Under the pieces are notes generated by a model. That model saw only the letters and a list, made by a program, of their open reading frames with translations. It searched no databases and was not told the DNA's origin. 64,000 nt of DNA from Dimorphilus gyrociliatus (Eukaryota > Animalia > Annelida): positions 544,685-608,684 of the forward strand of contig CAJFCJ010000005.1 in NCBI GenBank assembly GCA_904063045.1, read 5' to 3'. Shown here in pieces: positions 1-12,282 of this stretch. How positions within the stretch are numbered: the stretch's first letter is position 1; every line of letters begins with the position of its first letter. The position numbers and the translations under genes were made by a program.

Positions 1-3000
1 ACAATGAACTATACCATCGCAAATTAACGACAGAGGAATGCAATAACCTTTAAATTTGCATTTGTAACTATATAAATCGCATTTCTGGTTCACACAATTC
101 TCTAATTGTTGAAATGGAAATTGTGTTTTAGTTCGTAAGAATCCTGTAGTATCATATTCTAATCTACAGTTAGTCTTGTTATAATCTTGTGAAGAAGTAT
201 GAAGTTTTGATAATAAATATCTTATATCTTCCATTTTGCATAGATCACGTCTAATAATTTTGACAAACATAAATTAGTACTAGGCTTAGTTTTTCTTACT
301 TTTGCTTTGTTGTTTCGGTCTGAAAGATTTTTGACACACATATATCAGGATTTTCGTCTTGGGGAGGGAAACCTTTACACATCATTCTTAAATCACAGAA
401 TTCATCTTCTCTTAAACATCTTCCATCACAATAAGTTGATTCGCAAATATCTTTTTACAGATAAGTCTACGTTTAAACTATTGAAATTTATGATCCTACC
501 CTCTCTCTTCCCCATCTCTATCTAATAGCTTTCTCTAATTACCTGTACACTGTTCATCGGATCCATCAATACAATTCTTTTCCCGATTACATACTTTAAC
601 ACTATCAATACATTGTCCATTTTTGCATTGAAAGCTATAGTGATAATAGGAATAATAATGATAATTTAACTATAAAGTGCGTTTTTCTATTACTTTTTAA
701 CTCGTGTGCAAGTTTTCTCTGAAAATGCAAACATTTGAATTAATTATAATATATTAATTAAGCAAACATACGGCAATTCCTTTCATCGCTGGCATCTTTA
801 CAATCGGGAATATAATTGCAAATTAGATTTGTATTTATCTCTTCTCCGGAATCGCAAATGAAAGTATTTATATCTTTACAATTTAATTCGTCATTTCCGC
901 TAGGACAATCTATTCTTTGATTGCATACATTCATTAGACTGATGCATATCAATTCTGGTTTGCATAGGAAAGTATTTTTGGGACATTCCTTAAAATTCGG
1001 CGTATTTAGAACGTCATATTGACTAAGATTATAGTTATGTAAAGCTGAAGAAATACAAAAAAGCAATGATCACTTTATCATTGTTATCCGTAATAAAAAA
1101 CTCATTTACAAACCGCCCACTCTCGATTCGCAAATAACCTGATTAAAGATGGAAAAATCACAAGGAAAAGACTTATAACCATTTTTTTGAATTGATCCGC
1201 AATCATATCCAAATATCCATGAAGTCATTTCTTCAAAATAGAAGTTTACATCATTAGCACATGTTGAAAAAGATGTTTCTGTTCTAATAGTTTAAAATAG
1301 ACATGTTATTTTTATAAAGAAAATATGATATTAATAATTATTATATGTTTTTCCAACAAGAAATATTTAGTTAACCATAGTCCAGAAATTTCTATAGGAA
1401 TTCCATTGCCAGATACTGTTACATTCTCATTGAAATTATTGACAATCATTGTCAAATCTATCAATTATTATCATTATTAATTGAACACTAAAAATTTTAA
1501 TTACCAATTGGATAATTGATATCACTTGTTTCTGTTATTTTTATAGTAAAATTAAATAATTAGGTCATTTATAGGTTAATTAATGATAAGATAGAGTTAT
1601 TGTTGTACGTTTATATTTTTACCTAGAAAAAGGAATTTCGTAGAAACATGATTAGTTTCTAAGTTAAACGCGATATAATTATGCATTAGCAATACAGCAA
1701 CAAAGTTTTCTATTGATGAAACTCTAAGAAGAGACATATTATTCTTCCTACATCTTGACTTTGCTTCAATATAACTAAAAGGATTCATTGAAGAAAGTAA
1801 CTTGTAGCATTTATTTTCAAAATTGAACATATCTTCATTTGAACAGCCTATATACAGTATACATTTTGAAACAAATCAATAAAGCTATTAACTAAATGGA
1901 ATATCCTTTAAACTAACTATTATTATTGGGCCATTTTTCACAATATATATATATATCCGATGTTTTTGATCGATCATTTAAATTGAATATTACGCAATCT
2001 AATAGATTTGTAGTATTTTTTGGACAATAAAGAATACCAATTGTATCAAATATCTGATCGATACTATTCAAGAAAGTAAACGTTCCAGAATTGAATCCAA
2101 AATGTCTACAAACAATCTATAAGGTGCAATACATTGTAATTATTCTAATTTCTATATATTATTTATATTCTTATTAACATTTGAATAGAATTTTTGAAGA
2201 GTTGGAATGTAAACTGTTTGCCATAAACCTCTTTTAAATACTTGTAATTTAACAATAGCGTTGTTTGGTAAACTTTTAAAAGAGTTGTTATAAATTTGAT
2301 TATATAGTGAAATATATAATCTCTTTGTATTTTCTATATATATATATATGAGATAATCTATATTACGTTTATTAATTGAGATTAAATTACCTGGATAATC
2401 TTCGCTATTCTCTTTTTGACAGAATATAGAGCATAAATTCAATGCCGACCTTATAGAATATATTTGACAATCTTTTAATGAATTACTATTTATAGAACAT
2501 ATAAATTCTACACTGTTGTATGGTCTTGCTGTAATTTTTCCAGATTCACAAACAATTGGCTTCCTTATACTCGTATAAAGGAAGAAATGTTTACAAATTA
2601 ACCGAACTAGAGAAGCTACACCAGCACTCCTTTTCACGCTGATTGAAGCTATACCCAAGAATTTCGTAATAACTATAGGATTAATTTCGATTATATCCGC
2701 ACTTAGTGATATATTTTTGGAAAAGAACAAATAGTTAACATCTAAAATGGTGAATGATGATATATAATCTGAAAATATCAATGCCAATAAGTTTTTAATC
2801 AAAATAAATCAATAGTAAGGTTTTATAACTGTGGGAAAATGTTTTAGGACATTTGATAAGTTTGCATGTTTTAGATGGATAGAATGTTTGTCTCTTCTCA
2901 TCAAACGTTAAATTAGCAGTAATCTTATAAAAGCTACTATGAAATATATTTTCATATCTATATAAAGTATTTTGACAAAGTCTTTCGATATTCAATGAAT

Positions 3001-3687
3001 TTAGACACAAGTGGAAAGATCTATTCTGATATCTAGCGTACAAAGTGTTAAAATTTTGTTGTGTTGGAAGTCCCATAGGAGAGACAAGAACTGCAATAAA
3101 CAATATCGTCAATAATGAATATAAACTAAGAAATACAAACTCAATTTTGACAATTTATAACATCTTTGACAAATTGAATAAAACTTGTTTGCCAAACTAC
3201 AATTTTCGTAGTAAGTCCTAAAGATATCATCTTTTGAATATAGCTTTATAAAATTCCTTAATCATTTTTTACCCTGAACATTCAACACTGGATAGACAAC
3301 GTAAAGCAATACCAGTTTTTATTGTATCTATTTAATTAATAGGTTATATAATTATCTGTTGGAAGAAATTATACCGTTAAGATTGGAACAACTGTAGGTT
3401 TCTGTTTGTATATTTTCATAGCCACTCGATACGCAAATTTGAGAGTTAATTGCGTTTAAATCTATTAAAAACATATTCTTTTTGTCACGTATAACAAGAG
3501 AAGAATGATTAGCTGTTGGAAATTTGGCAAACACCATTCCCGCAACAAAAGATTCATCTTCATAAAATATTTTATCAATTTTGAATTGAATGTTTGATTT
3601 CACTACAATATTCATAGAACTTGAAACACAAACTGATAATGTACTTTTAAACTTGAATGAAATAATTAAAAGCCCTATTAAAATCAT
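1..3687 (-). CDS. GRL101/LGR-like receptor paralog 1, multi-exon, 5' part only (signal peptide, degenerate SRCR-like modules, C-type lectin, LDLa repeats); runs off the window start
   Basis: ATG at 3687 (MILIGLLIISFKF). ORF 1597-1830 has CTL start CYKLLS...AKSRCRKNNMSLLRV. ORF 758-1066 has LDLa repeats (CISLMNVCNQRIDCPSGNDELNC, ICNYIPDCKDASDERNC). Bases 1-300 read on the minus strand give NCRLEYDTTGFLRTKTQFPFQQLENC, matching the linker in the three complete paralogs. Confidence 0.8.
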
Positions 3688-4044
3688 ATCCACTTGAAAA
3701 AAGACATACAAAGACAACAGATATAATAAGATATATATATATATATATACTGTATATTTGCAAAGTAATCTATGAATAGGTCCTTAATTATTATTTTAGG
3801 GCGTTTCCAAAATTCGTGACTACAGCAATTTGACATGGCCTATTTTTATGCTATATATAATCATAATAATGAATAAAATCAATATTCAAGAACAACAATA
3901 CTTTCCGTATTAATTATGAATATTCATTAGGTGGAATTTATTAGTATGCTGTATAGCTTAACAGCAAATTTATCTACTTTTTTCAAGTCTATTCTTGTTT
4001 TTTCAACTTCAAAAAAATTTGGTACTTATTGCCGGACAGAGATC

Positions 4045-4116
4045 TGCCGTGACCAGGATTCGAACCTGGGTTGTCTCGGCCACAACGAGAAGTACTAACC
4101 ACTATACGATCACGGC
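4045..4116 (-). tRNA. trnH-GUG: tRNA-His(GTG), copy 1
   Basis: Cloverleaf GCCGTGA/TCACGGC-A, anticodon arm TCTCG-TT-GTG-GC-CGAGA, T arm CCAGG-TTCGAAT-CCTGG. T-run terminator after a conserved trailer. Confidence 0.97.
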
Positions 4117-4723
4117 TTACAAGTACTCGAAACGCCTCGGATTTAATGGAAAATACGACAATTTTTTAATAAAAAATCGCTTTTGGAAATTCAAATTTTT
4201 GAATATTTTGGTCCGAAAAGACCGTTGACTTGAACAATAGCGCGCTGTGATTTATAGCCAATGACTATATAGCATAAATAGTATTAGGAGATTTCAATCG
4301 CATAATAATAATATGAATAACCCTAATTGTTCACTTTGAATACTCTTTATTATTACGTATCCTCCCTTATACATCCTGCCTTCTGAAATACTATAATAGA
4401 GATTTATGGAAGAAACTTGAGAACATTTTTTAAACTTAACATAATGGTTTTCTTTAAGGTTCTTTTTATTCTCCCTTATATATAACTATATTCTAGCTAT
4501 ATTACAGTTATATTACTAATTAAATAGGTCATGTTATTTTTCCAATATGCCTATTTTACTGCTAAACAATCAATAAACAACGAAAAATGCATAAAAACTT
4601 CAAAAAAAGTGCTTTTAATGCTTTTGTCTATTTTTCTTTAATCAATTTGTTAAGCGTTAATTTGTAACGGTATTTCGCTGTTTACATATCAATTTTGTAA
4701 AAAAAACATTTGTATTGTAACAG

Positions 4724-4829
4724 GGTAGCGTGGCCGAGCGGTCTAAGGCGCTGGTTTAAGGTCAATTATAAAAGTGATGTTAATACACCAGTCTCTTCGG
4801 AGGCGTGGGTTCGAATCCCACCGCTGCCA
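4724..4829 (+). tRNA. trnL-AAG: tRNA-Leu(AAG), copy 1, 24-nt intron at 4762-4785
   Basis: GGTAGCG/CGCTGCC-A acceptor, CTGGT-TT-AAG-G[intron]C-ACCAG, long variable arm. Intron at canonical 37/38 with a U32-A(-3) anticodon-intron pair. T-run downstream. Confidence 0.95.
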
Positions 4830-4961
4830 AAATACTTTTTTTTGAATTCTCTTAAAGATATTAACTTACTAATTTTATCAATGATTGTCTTTTCTTTTGT
4901 ATTGAGTTCTATTTCATTTAAAATTTGTATAGCTAATGTTTTGTTCTTTAAATTCTTATAT

Positions 4962-7900
4962 TTAAAATTCAAAGCAGCTTCTATTCATCCATACTATGTT
5001 GTCAATGGCAATATCTCCACGATAGCTAATTCCTCGTGTAGCTTTTATAACTAAACGATATCGACCTACTGGAACTTCTAAGCTCATTTGTAACCATTCA
5101 TATCCTTGTTGTCCCTTTCTTCCCCATGCTCCTCCTATCTGACCTAATTCATTTTCAACATATACCTCTAGCTTTTCAATATGAGGACCGTACATATGGT
5201 AACGAAGAGATATACACGAAACTGATTCTAAGGTAAAAAAATTTGATTTAATCGAGGCTTGATCTCCTTGTTTGGCTGGTTTAGACGATTCGGCATAAAT
5301 GTATTTCAATCCTTCAAATGCCTTTTCTGGTCCTGTTCTTGCAGAACTTGTTGATCCTATTTGAATAATCCACTTGTACTTTTTGTTGTCTGTAAGGTGA
5401 AGTTCAGGGCAATCTTTTTCAAAACTACAAGCCATAATTTGCTTATCTTCACAAGTTTCTCCTTCAAATTCACTAGGACAAATACATTCGTATTTTCTTT
5501 TATCGTATTTATCAAGTTTACAAGTTCCTAGATAATTGAAAAAAAGGTTGTTTTTATTCTTAGAAGAATTGAATTGCTGTTGTTATACAATCACCTCCAT
5601 TTTGACATGGATTTTCTTCGCAAGGATCTATAATTTTAATTTCGCAATATCTTCCTTCATATCCTAGCTGACATTCGCAATTAGATGTTGTGAATTCTTT
5701 ATTCCATCGCTTTTCATTATCATAATATAATTGGTGATGCGAGTAACAAAGTGCTGTTTTGTGAAACGTAAATGTTAGAATTGAATTTGTATACTTCAAC
5801 TATAATAAAACACCTTCATTTTTGCAAGGATTATTGCTAATACATGGATCAAGAATCTCGCAAAATTTTCCTGCATATAGATTCGAACATTGGCAGAAAG
5901 GTTCTACAAATTGCTCTACATAATCTCCCTCCTCGGTATAATTGTAGGTCAAATGTGCACGACAAGTTCCTAAACAACAGTGGCGAAAGATAGTTTAAAT
6001 AGAAAGAGTTTCTAATTACTAACCTCCATTCTTGCAGATTTCGTTAGTGTAACATGGATTGGTTATCTGGCAGTTATTTCCAGCGAAAGGTGGATTACAA
6101 CTACACTTAGCAATTGCTACAACTTTTTCTCGTTGATAAGAGTACGAAACCCAGCATTGTCCTTGATGGGATATGCATTATTATTCGTATTGTGTTGGTA
6201 AATACGAACTATCTTACCTTTTCCATTGCAGGAATGTAAATTACAAGGATTAGGTGATTTACAGTTAAATCCTACAAAGTCTTTAGAACAAATACAATAA
6301 TACTTTCCTGTACTTCCGTAACTATGACACGTTCCTTTATGCAATTAAAATTAGTAAAAAGATTAGAAATTGGTATTTTATATATTTACCATTGTTTTCG
6401 CAAGGATTCTTTGCGCATCCGTCAATAATCCTTTCTGAGCAGTTCTCACCCGTAAAATTTCCAGCACATTTACAAAAAACTTCACTTAATTCTGTTTTTC
6501 CATTCTTCCATTGATAACATCTGCCTATTGTACATTAGCTAAGATATTATTAGAGAAAGTTTTACTCAAACTGTCAATACCATTGTTTTTGCAAGTTGTA
6601 GAATTACATAGTTTAGGAGTTGGGCTATCGCAATGCTTTCCCTCAAAACCTTTGTTACATTTACATCTATATTCACGGCTATTTGCAACTCCGAAACATT
6701 TTCCTTGTTTTTGAAGAAAATCACAAGTATAATAGAAATTCAACATGTTCATTAACTAACCATTATTTTTACATGGGTTCTCCAGGCAAGGAGAACTCTT
6801 TTCACATCGAGATCCAAAAAAACCTTCTTTGCAAATACAGCTTACAACATAAGATACTTCTCTCGTAGAGCTTCTATAGCTGACGCATGTTCCTATGAAG
6901 CATTATAAAAAAAAGTATTTAAACAATTTCATTATCAACAACAAAACCTTTGTTTTCACAATAGCTATTTTTACAAGCATCCTTTTTCATAAGTCCGCAA
7001 TTATATCCTGTGAAACCCTCTGGACATACACATTCAAATGATGGTGAAACTGATTTACAGACTCCGCCGTTCATACAAGGATTGGATGAGCAAAAATTAT
7101 TTTCATCACCTGACCTTGGATTGTTCCCATTTGGGTATTTGCCCCCAGTTGATCCAGGATAATATCCTCCTGTTGATCCTGGGTAATTTCCACTTGGATA
7201 ATACCCTCCTGTTGTTCCTGGGTAACTTCCACCAGTTGACCCAGGATAGTTTCCACCTGTTGATCCTGGGTATTTTCCACTTGGGTAATATCCTCCTGTT
7301 GATCCTGGATAGTTTCCACTAGGGTAATATCCTCCTGTTGTTCCAGGATAATTTCCACCAGTTGACCCAGGATAGTTTCCACCTGTTGATCCTGGGTATT
7401 TTCCACTTGGGTAATATCCTCCTGTTGATCCTGGATAGTTTCCACTTGGATAATACCCTCCTGTTGATCCTGGGTAGTTTCCACTTGGGTAATATCCTCC
7501 TGTTGATCCTGGATAGTTTCCGCTTGGATAATATCCTCCTGTTGATCCTGGGTAGTTTCCACTAGGGTAATATCCTCCGGTTGATCCTGGATAGTTTCCG
7601 CTTGGATAATATCCTCCTGTTGTTCCAGGATAATTTCCACCAGTTGACCCAGGATAGTTTCCACCTGTTGATCCTGGGTATTTTCCACTTGGGTAATATC
7701 CTCCTGTTGATCCTGGATAGTTTCCACTTGGATAATACCCTCCTGTTGACCCTGGATAGTTTCCACTAGGGTAATATCCTCCTGTTGATCCTGGATAGTT
7801 TCCGCTTGGATAATATCCTCCTGTTGATCCTGGGTAGTTTCCACTAGGGTAATAACCTCCTGTTGTTCCAGGATAATTTCCACCAGTTGACCCAGGATAG

Positions 7901-8499
7901 TTTCCACCTGTTGATCCTGGGTATTTTCCACTTGGGTAATATCCTCCTGTTGATCCTGGATAGTTTCCACTTGGATAATACCCTCCTGTTGATCCTGGGT
8001 TATTTCCACTTGGGTAATATCCTCCTGTTGATCCTGGGTAGTTTCCGCTTGGATAGTATCCTCCTGTTGTTCCTGGATAATTTCCACCAGTTAACCCAGG
8101 ATAGTTTCCACCTGTTGATCCTGGATAGTTTCCACTTGGATAATACCCTCCTGTTGATCCTGGGTATTTTCCACTTGGGTAATATCCTCCTGTTGACCCA
8201 GGGTATTTACTCCCAGTTGATCCAGGATAATTTCCACCCGTTGACCCAGGATAGTTTCCACCTGTTGATCCTGGGTAGTTTCCACTTGGATAATATCCTC
8301 CTGCTGACCCAGGGTATTTACTCCCAGTTGATCCAGGATAATGTCCACCAGTTGACCCAGGATTGTTTTCTCCTGTTGATCCTTGACTTTTTCCATTATT
8401 TTTCTCTGATGTAACTCTAACCCAACCTGGTCCTTGTGGTAAAAAGTCATATTTTGCGATTAAACTAATAGTAAGAAATAAACGAAACATTTCCCTCAT
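4962..8499 (-). CDS. Secreted Gly/Tyr/Pro-repeat + ~9-10 EGF + C-terminal MAM protein (EGF-MAM paralog 1), multi-exon
   Basis: 526-aa first-exon ORF: hydrophobic N-terminus, ~410 aa of [21 protein letters not shown] repeats, then EGF ([12 protein letters not shown]...[12 protein letters not shown]). Further EGF exons at 5560-6890. MAM domain in ORF 4962-5435 ([36 protein letters not shown]). Confidence 0.9.
7141..8370 (-). repeat. Coding tandem repeat of 39-nt (13 aa) and 24-nt (8 aa) units with higher-order organisation
   Basis: Recurring plus-strand units such as cctcctgttgatcctggatagtttccacttgggtaatat. Thr-Thr variant anchors at 7212, 7338, 7620, 7863 and 8067. Confidence 0.95.
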
Positions 8500-9762
8500 A
8501 TTGGACGTTTACAAATTTTCAAGTTTGAAAAGGAACTTTTAACTAGCGACAAAATTCCAGATCTGTTAAATTTATACCCTTCTATTTTAAACGACTAATA
8601 ATTATTCAACGAGCAACGAAATGCTCACGACGCAGTACGTTAACAATGGGTTTATGTAATATTATGTTATTTGATAAAGGAATTTAGTATAGTAAGAACA
8701 ACTAACGAAATATTACTTTCAAGCATATGCGTATTCATATTTAGAAATTTAAATAGATTCAATAAAGTTAGTCACGCTGAAGCTTTTTAATTTATGCAAA
8801 AAAGACGAAAACGAATTATTGTTAAACTCTTCTCAGTATCAGTCTGATAAAGTAGTTTTAAAGAAAATGTTACTCAAAGTTAATGACAGTTCCATTTAAA
8901 TATATTCAACTTATTTATATACAAAATTGTCGATTTTAAGTTCCAGCCAGTAGTTATGAGTCATTTTATAAATCAATCTGTAGTTCAATCTCACCTGGAA
9001 ATCCGTGCGAAAGAGTCTCACCTATAAATCTAAAGCAATTAAGCGATAGTTTAAGAACCCAAAGTCTTTTCTAGATTCTTTTTCCCTTCAATTAGAAACG
9101 AAATCGTTTGTTTGTTTGTTGATGATTTAATGAATAATTAAAAAGAGAAAATGAAATGGAATAAATCGTTTCGTCAGAGAGCAAATTTCCTAGTATTTAC
9201 ATGATCTTTAAGGAGAGGACCTACGCCCATTAAAAACATTAATAAATTTGTTCAATTTGCTTGAGCAAATATATTTGTATATGTATATATATATATATAT
9301 ATATATAAATGTTTATGTATATTATTGGTTCTATTTATTGAATAGAAGAATCTAGTACAGGTCAACTATTATAAAAGCGTCGCTATACTGTACTTAATAG
9401 GACAGTCTATTCTGACAGAATTAGATTTCTCTACAACGCTAGAGCTGTCTTGGTTTGATATCCCACAATGGTCTAACTAGAGTCAGAGACTAGAAGATAG
9501 TGTTTGGTTCGCTTGTCTCTCAATCAGAATTTATCATTTCGCGGGGATTTGTCATCTACAGTGCTCTTTATAACATAGGGTTATAAATTATTGACCAATT
9601 GCATTGATCTAGATGGAACTAGTGTTCGTTTGTTTGCAATCGCGCTAAAGGTAAATTTTAAAAGAAACGTTTTTTAAAGCTAAGATTTAAATCTATTTGT
9701 ATTCGACTTCAAAAAACGATTGATTGCTTTTAAATAAAGCCTATATAGGATGCAGAATTGAT

Positions 9763-12282
9763 TTATTTGTCGGGTTCACCATTGTCTGGGTTCTCGCCTC
9801 CCTCTCCTTCTCCCTCCTCGTCACAGGCTCTTCCTACCCAGACGATATTATCAACAGCAATATCTCCAGCCCAGCTATTTCCTCTTGTTGCTTCAATTAC
9901 TAGTCTGGATGATCCAGGTTGAACAGTCAAACTTAGGGAATGCCATTTGTTTGATTGATCACCAGAAAGAGAAAATTCTTTATCTGATGTCATTTCTCTT
10001 TCAGAATTTTCAGTTTTAACTTTCAAAGTTCCAATAGCGCTACCGTACATATGGTAGTTCAGAGAAACGCATGATGTAGATTCGGTTTCAAAATATTTTG
10101 ACCTGATATAAGCTTTGTATCCCGATCTGGCAGGACTAGATGCTTCAGTGTAAATGTAATATTTACCATCTTTACCAGTGCTGGGTCCAGTTCTTACACT
10201 TCTAGTTGAACCGGATTGAATAATCCAAGCAAATGAACCTGTTTTTGTGGTTGTGAATCCTGAGCACAATCCTTTCTCAAAGCTACATTCAGTGATTTTA
10301 GTGTTTTTTATTTCACATGTTTCACCAATGTAATTACCAATACATGTGCAAACAAAGGCACTTTCATCAGTTTTACTTTTGCTGCATAATCCTATCAAAG
10401 TAAATTGTAATTGATGAGGGATTTCATTTGAACTATTTAAAATCATTTACCTCCATTTTTGCATGGTTCATCTTCACAAGGATTAACTATTTTAGTTTCA
10501 CAATATTTGCCAGTGTAATCTGCTGGACAATAACAACGAGGTTCCAAAAATTCTTTGTAGCTTGTGCCGTTGTCGTATGAATATTTAACGTTATCTTTGC
10601 ATACTCCTATTTAACAATTTATAAGTTAAAAATGGATATAATTGTAAAATTTCAACGTTGATATTTACCTTCATTTTGACATGGGTTTTTTTCAATACAT
10701 GGGCTAACCACTTCACAGCGTTTACCTCCAAAATATTGTGGACAGTAGCATTTGGGAGAAGTGAAACCAGTGGAATTGTAATTGCCTCTGCTGACAAAAT
10801 AGTAATGGTATGATCGTTTAGGATAAGAATTGCACTGTCCTGTTAGAAAAATATATTTGAAAAGGCTTGCCAAACAATTAATATTTTCAATATTATCAAC
10901 TTACCACCATGTTCACATGGGTTCTCACTGATACATGGGTTGACAATTTCACATCTCAGGCCAGCATGGCTTGGATCACATTCACAAACTGCTTTCAATT
11001 CAGTGGCATTTTTTTTCATATCATAGCTAGCTATAGCAAGACATCTTCCTGAGAGGATTGAAAAATAAACAAAGAGTTAATAGTTTGTATGTCTTTCAGT
11101 AATATCTTTATGAATAGTTACCGTGATCACCACAGAATTGAGCTGTGCAAGGATCAGCATGTTCACAATTCTGACCAGCAAATCCAGCTTTACATGTACA
11201 GAAATATTTTCCTTTATTTCCATTGGTGCAAACACCTAAAAGTAAAGAACAAAATATAAAATAGGTATTGATTTGTAATATATTTAAATAATATACTAAC
11301 CTTCATTTTCGCATGGGCTAGATTGGCATGGATTGGACATATCTTCAGAGCAATCTTTGCCACCCCAACTATTTTTACAGTAGCATTTATGTTGAGAAAT
11401 TCCAAGACTATGGTTTAAATATTGATGGCAAATTCCTATGGAGATAAAATATTAATACAATTTACAACTAAAATGAATAGAATAATACCATTATTCTTGC
11501 ATGTGTTGGCATTGCAGAGATTTGGGGTAGGAATATCGCAGTTTTTACCTTCAAAGCCGCTATTACAATGGCATTTGATAGCGTTAGTGGTACCATTGTC
11601 CATAGGAGTACAGATACCTATTAAAAATAAATAATATAATAAGATGATTTAGTAGTATTTCAAAGTTATATCTTACCGTTTTGGCATGGGCCTTCAAAGC
11701 AGGGATTCTTTTTTAAGCAAGTTGGACCAGTATGTGTTTTTGGGCAGATACAAGCTAATTCGTATCTTACACTCCTCCAATAATAACTTTTTTTGGCATT
11801 GCAAATTCCTAAAAGATAAAAAGAAATAGTAAAGAACGTTCAAAAAAGTTTTATAATTCTTTAGTACCGTTGTTTGCACAGACGTTTTCTGATTTCTTGC
11901 AGGGGTCAGATACAGAGTATTGACAGACTGGGCCTGAGTATCCAGGTTTGCAGCTACAGCTCCAACCTCCATATTTATATGAGCCATACGAATAACAACG
12001 TGCACCGTTAAGACATGGGTTACTGGCGCATGTGTTTGTGTTATTTCTGCCTCCAGTAGGGTATGTTGGATAATTTCCAGTAGGGTAGGTTGGATATCTG
12101 CCAGTAGGGTAGTTTGGATATCTGCCAGTTGGATAGCTCGGATATCTGCCAGTTGGATAGCTCGGATAGCTTCCAGTTGGATAGCTTGGATAGCTTGGAT
12201 AAGTTCGATTAACACGCTGGCCAATTGATGAATCCATAATAAGGACCAAACCGCCAAAGAATAGAAGTAAAGTTTTTGCCAT
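9763..12282 (-). CDS. Secreted YPTG-repeat + ~9-10 EGF + MAM protein with acidic tail (EGF-MAM paralog 2), multi-exon
   Basis: ATG at 12282, signal peptide MAKTLLLFFGGLVLIMDSSIG, octapeptide repeats, EGF exons at 10450-12040. MAM in ORF 9763-10446 (TGPSTGKDGKYYIYTEASSPA, CVSLNYHMYG, GDIAVDNI) ending DEEGEGEGGENPDNGEPDK. Confidence 0.9.
12051..12202 (-). repeat. Coding 24-nt tandem repeat, YP(S/N/T)YPTG(R/S/N/G) x6
   Basis: Translation YPSYPTGS YPSYPTGR YPSYPTGR YPNYPTGR YPTYPTGN YPTYPTGG. Confidence 0.95.

Noticed and set aside
3995-5054. ORFs overlapping tRNA genes (also 13806-14006, 55831-56025)
   Set aside because: Chance frames through GC-richer tRNA sequence.
7038-8450. Long alternative-frame and antisense ORFs (7071-8087 QDQQEDI-rich, 7863-8414 etc.)
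   Set aside because: By-products of the stop-poor GYYPSG repeat; mostly non-ATG starts and no domain outside the repeat.
9386-9392. The 7-mer TAC[A/T]GTA on its own as footprint evidence
   Set aside because: About 15 copies are expected by chance at this composition, similar to what I counted; only the 11-mer in TA context stands out.
11694-12257. 187-aa overlapping ORF with AIQLADIR repeats
   Set aside because: Alternative frame of the YPTG repeat exon; the other frame has the signal peptide and EGF.
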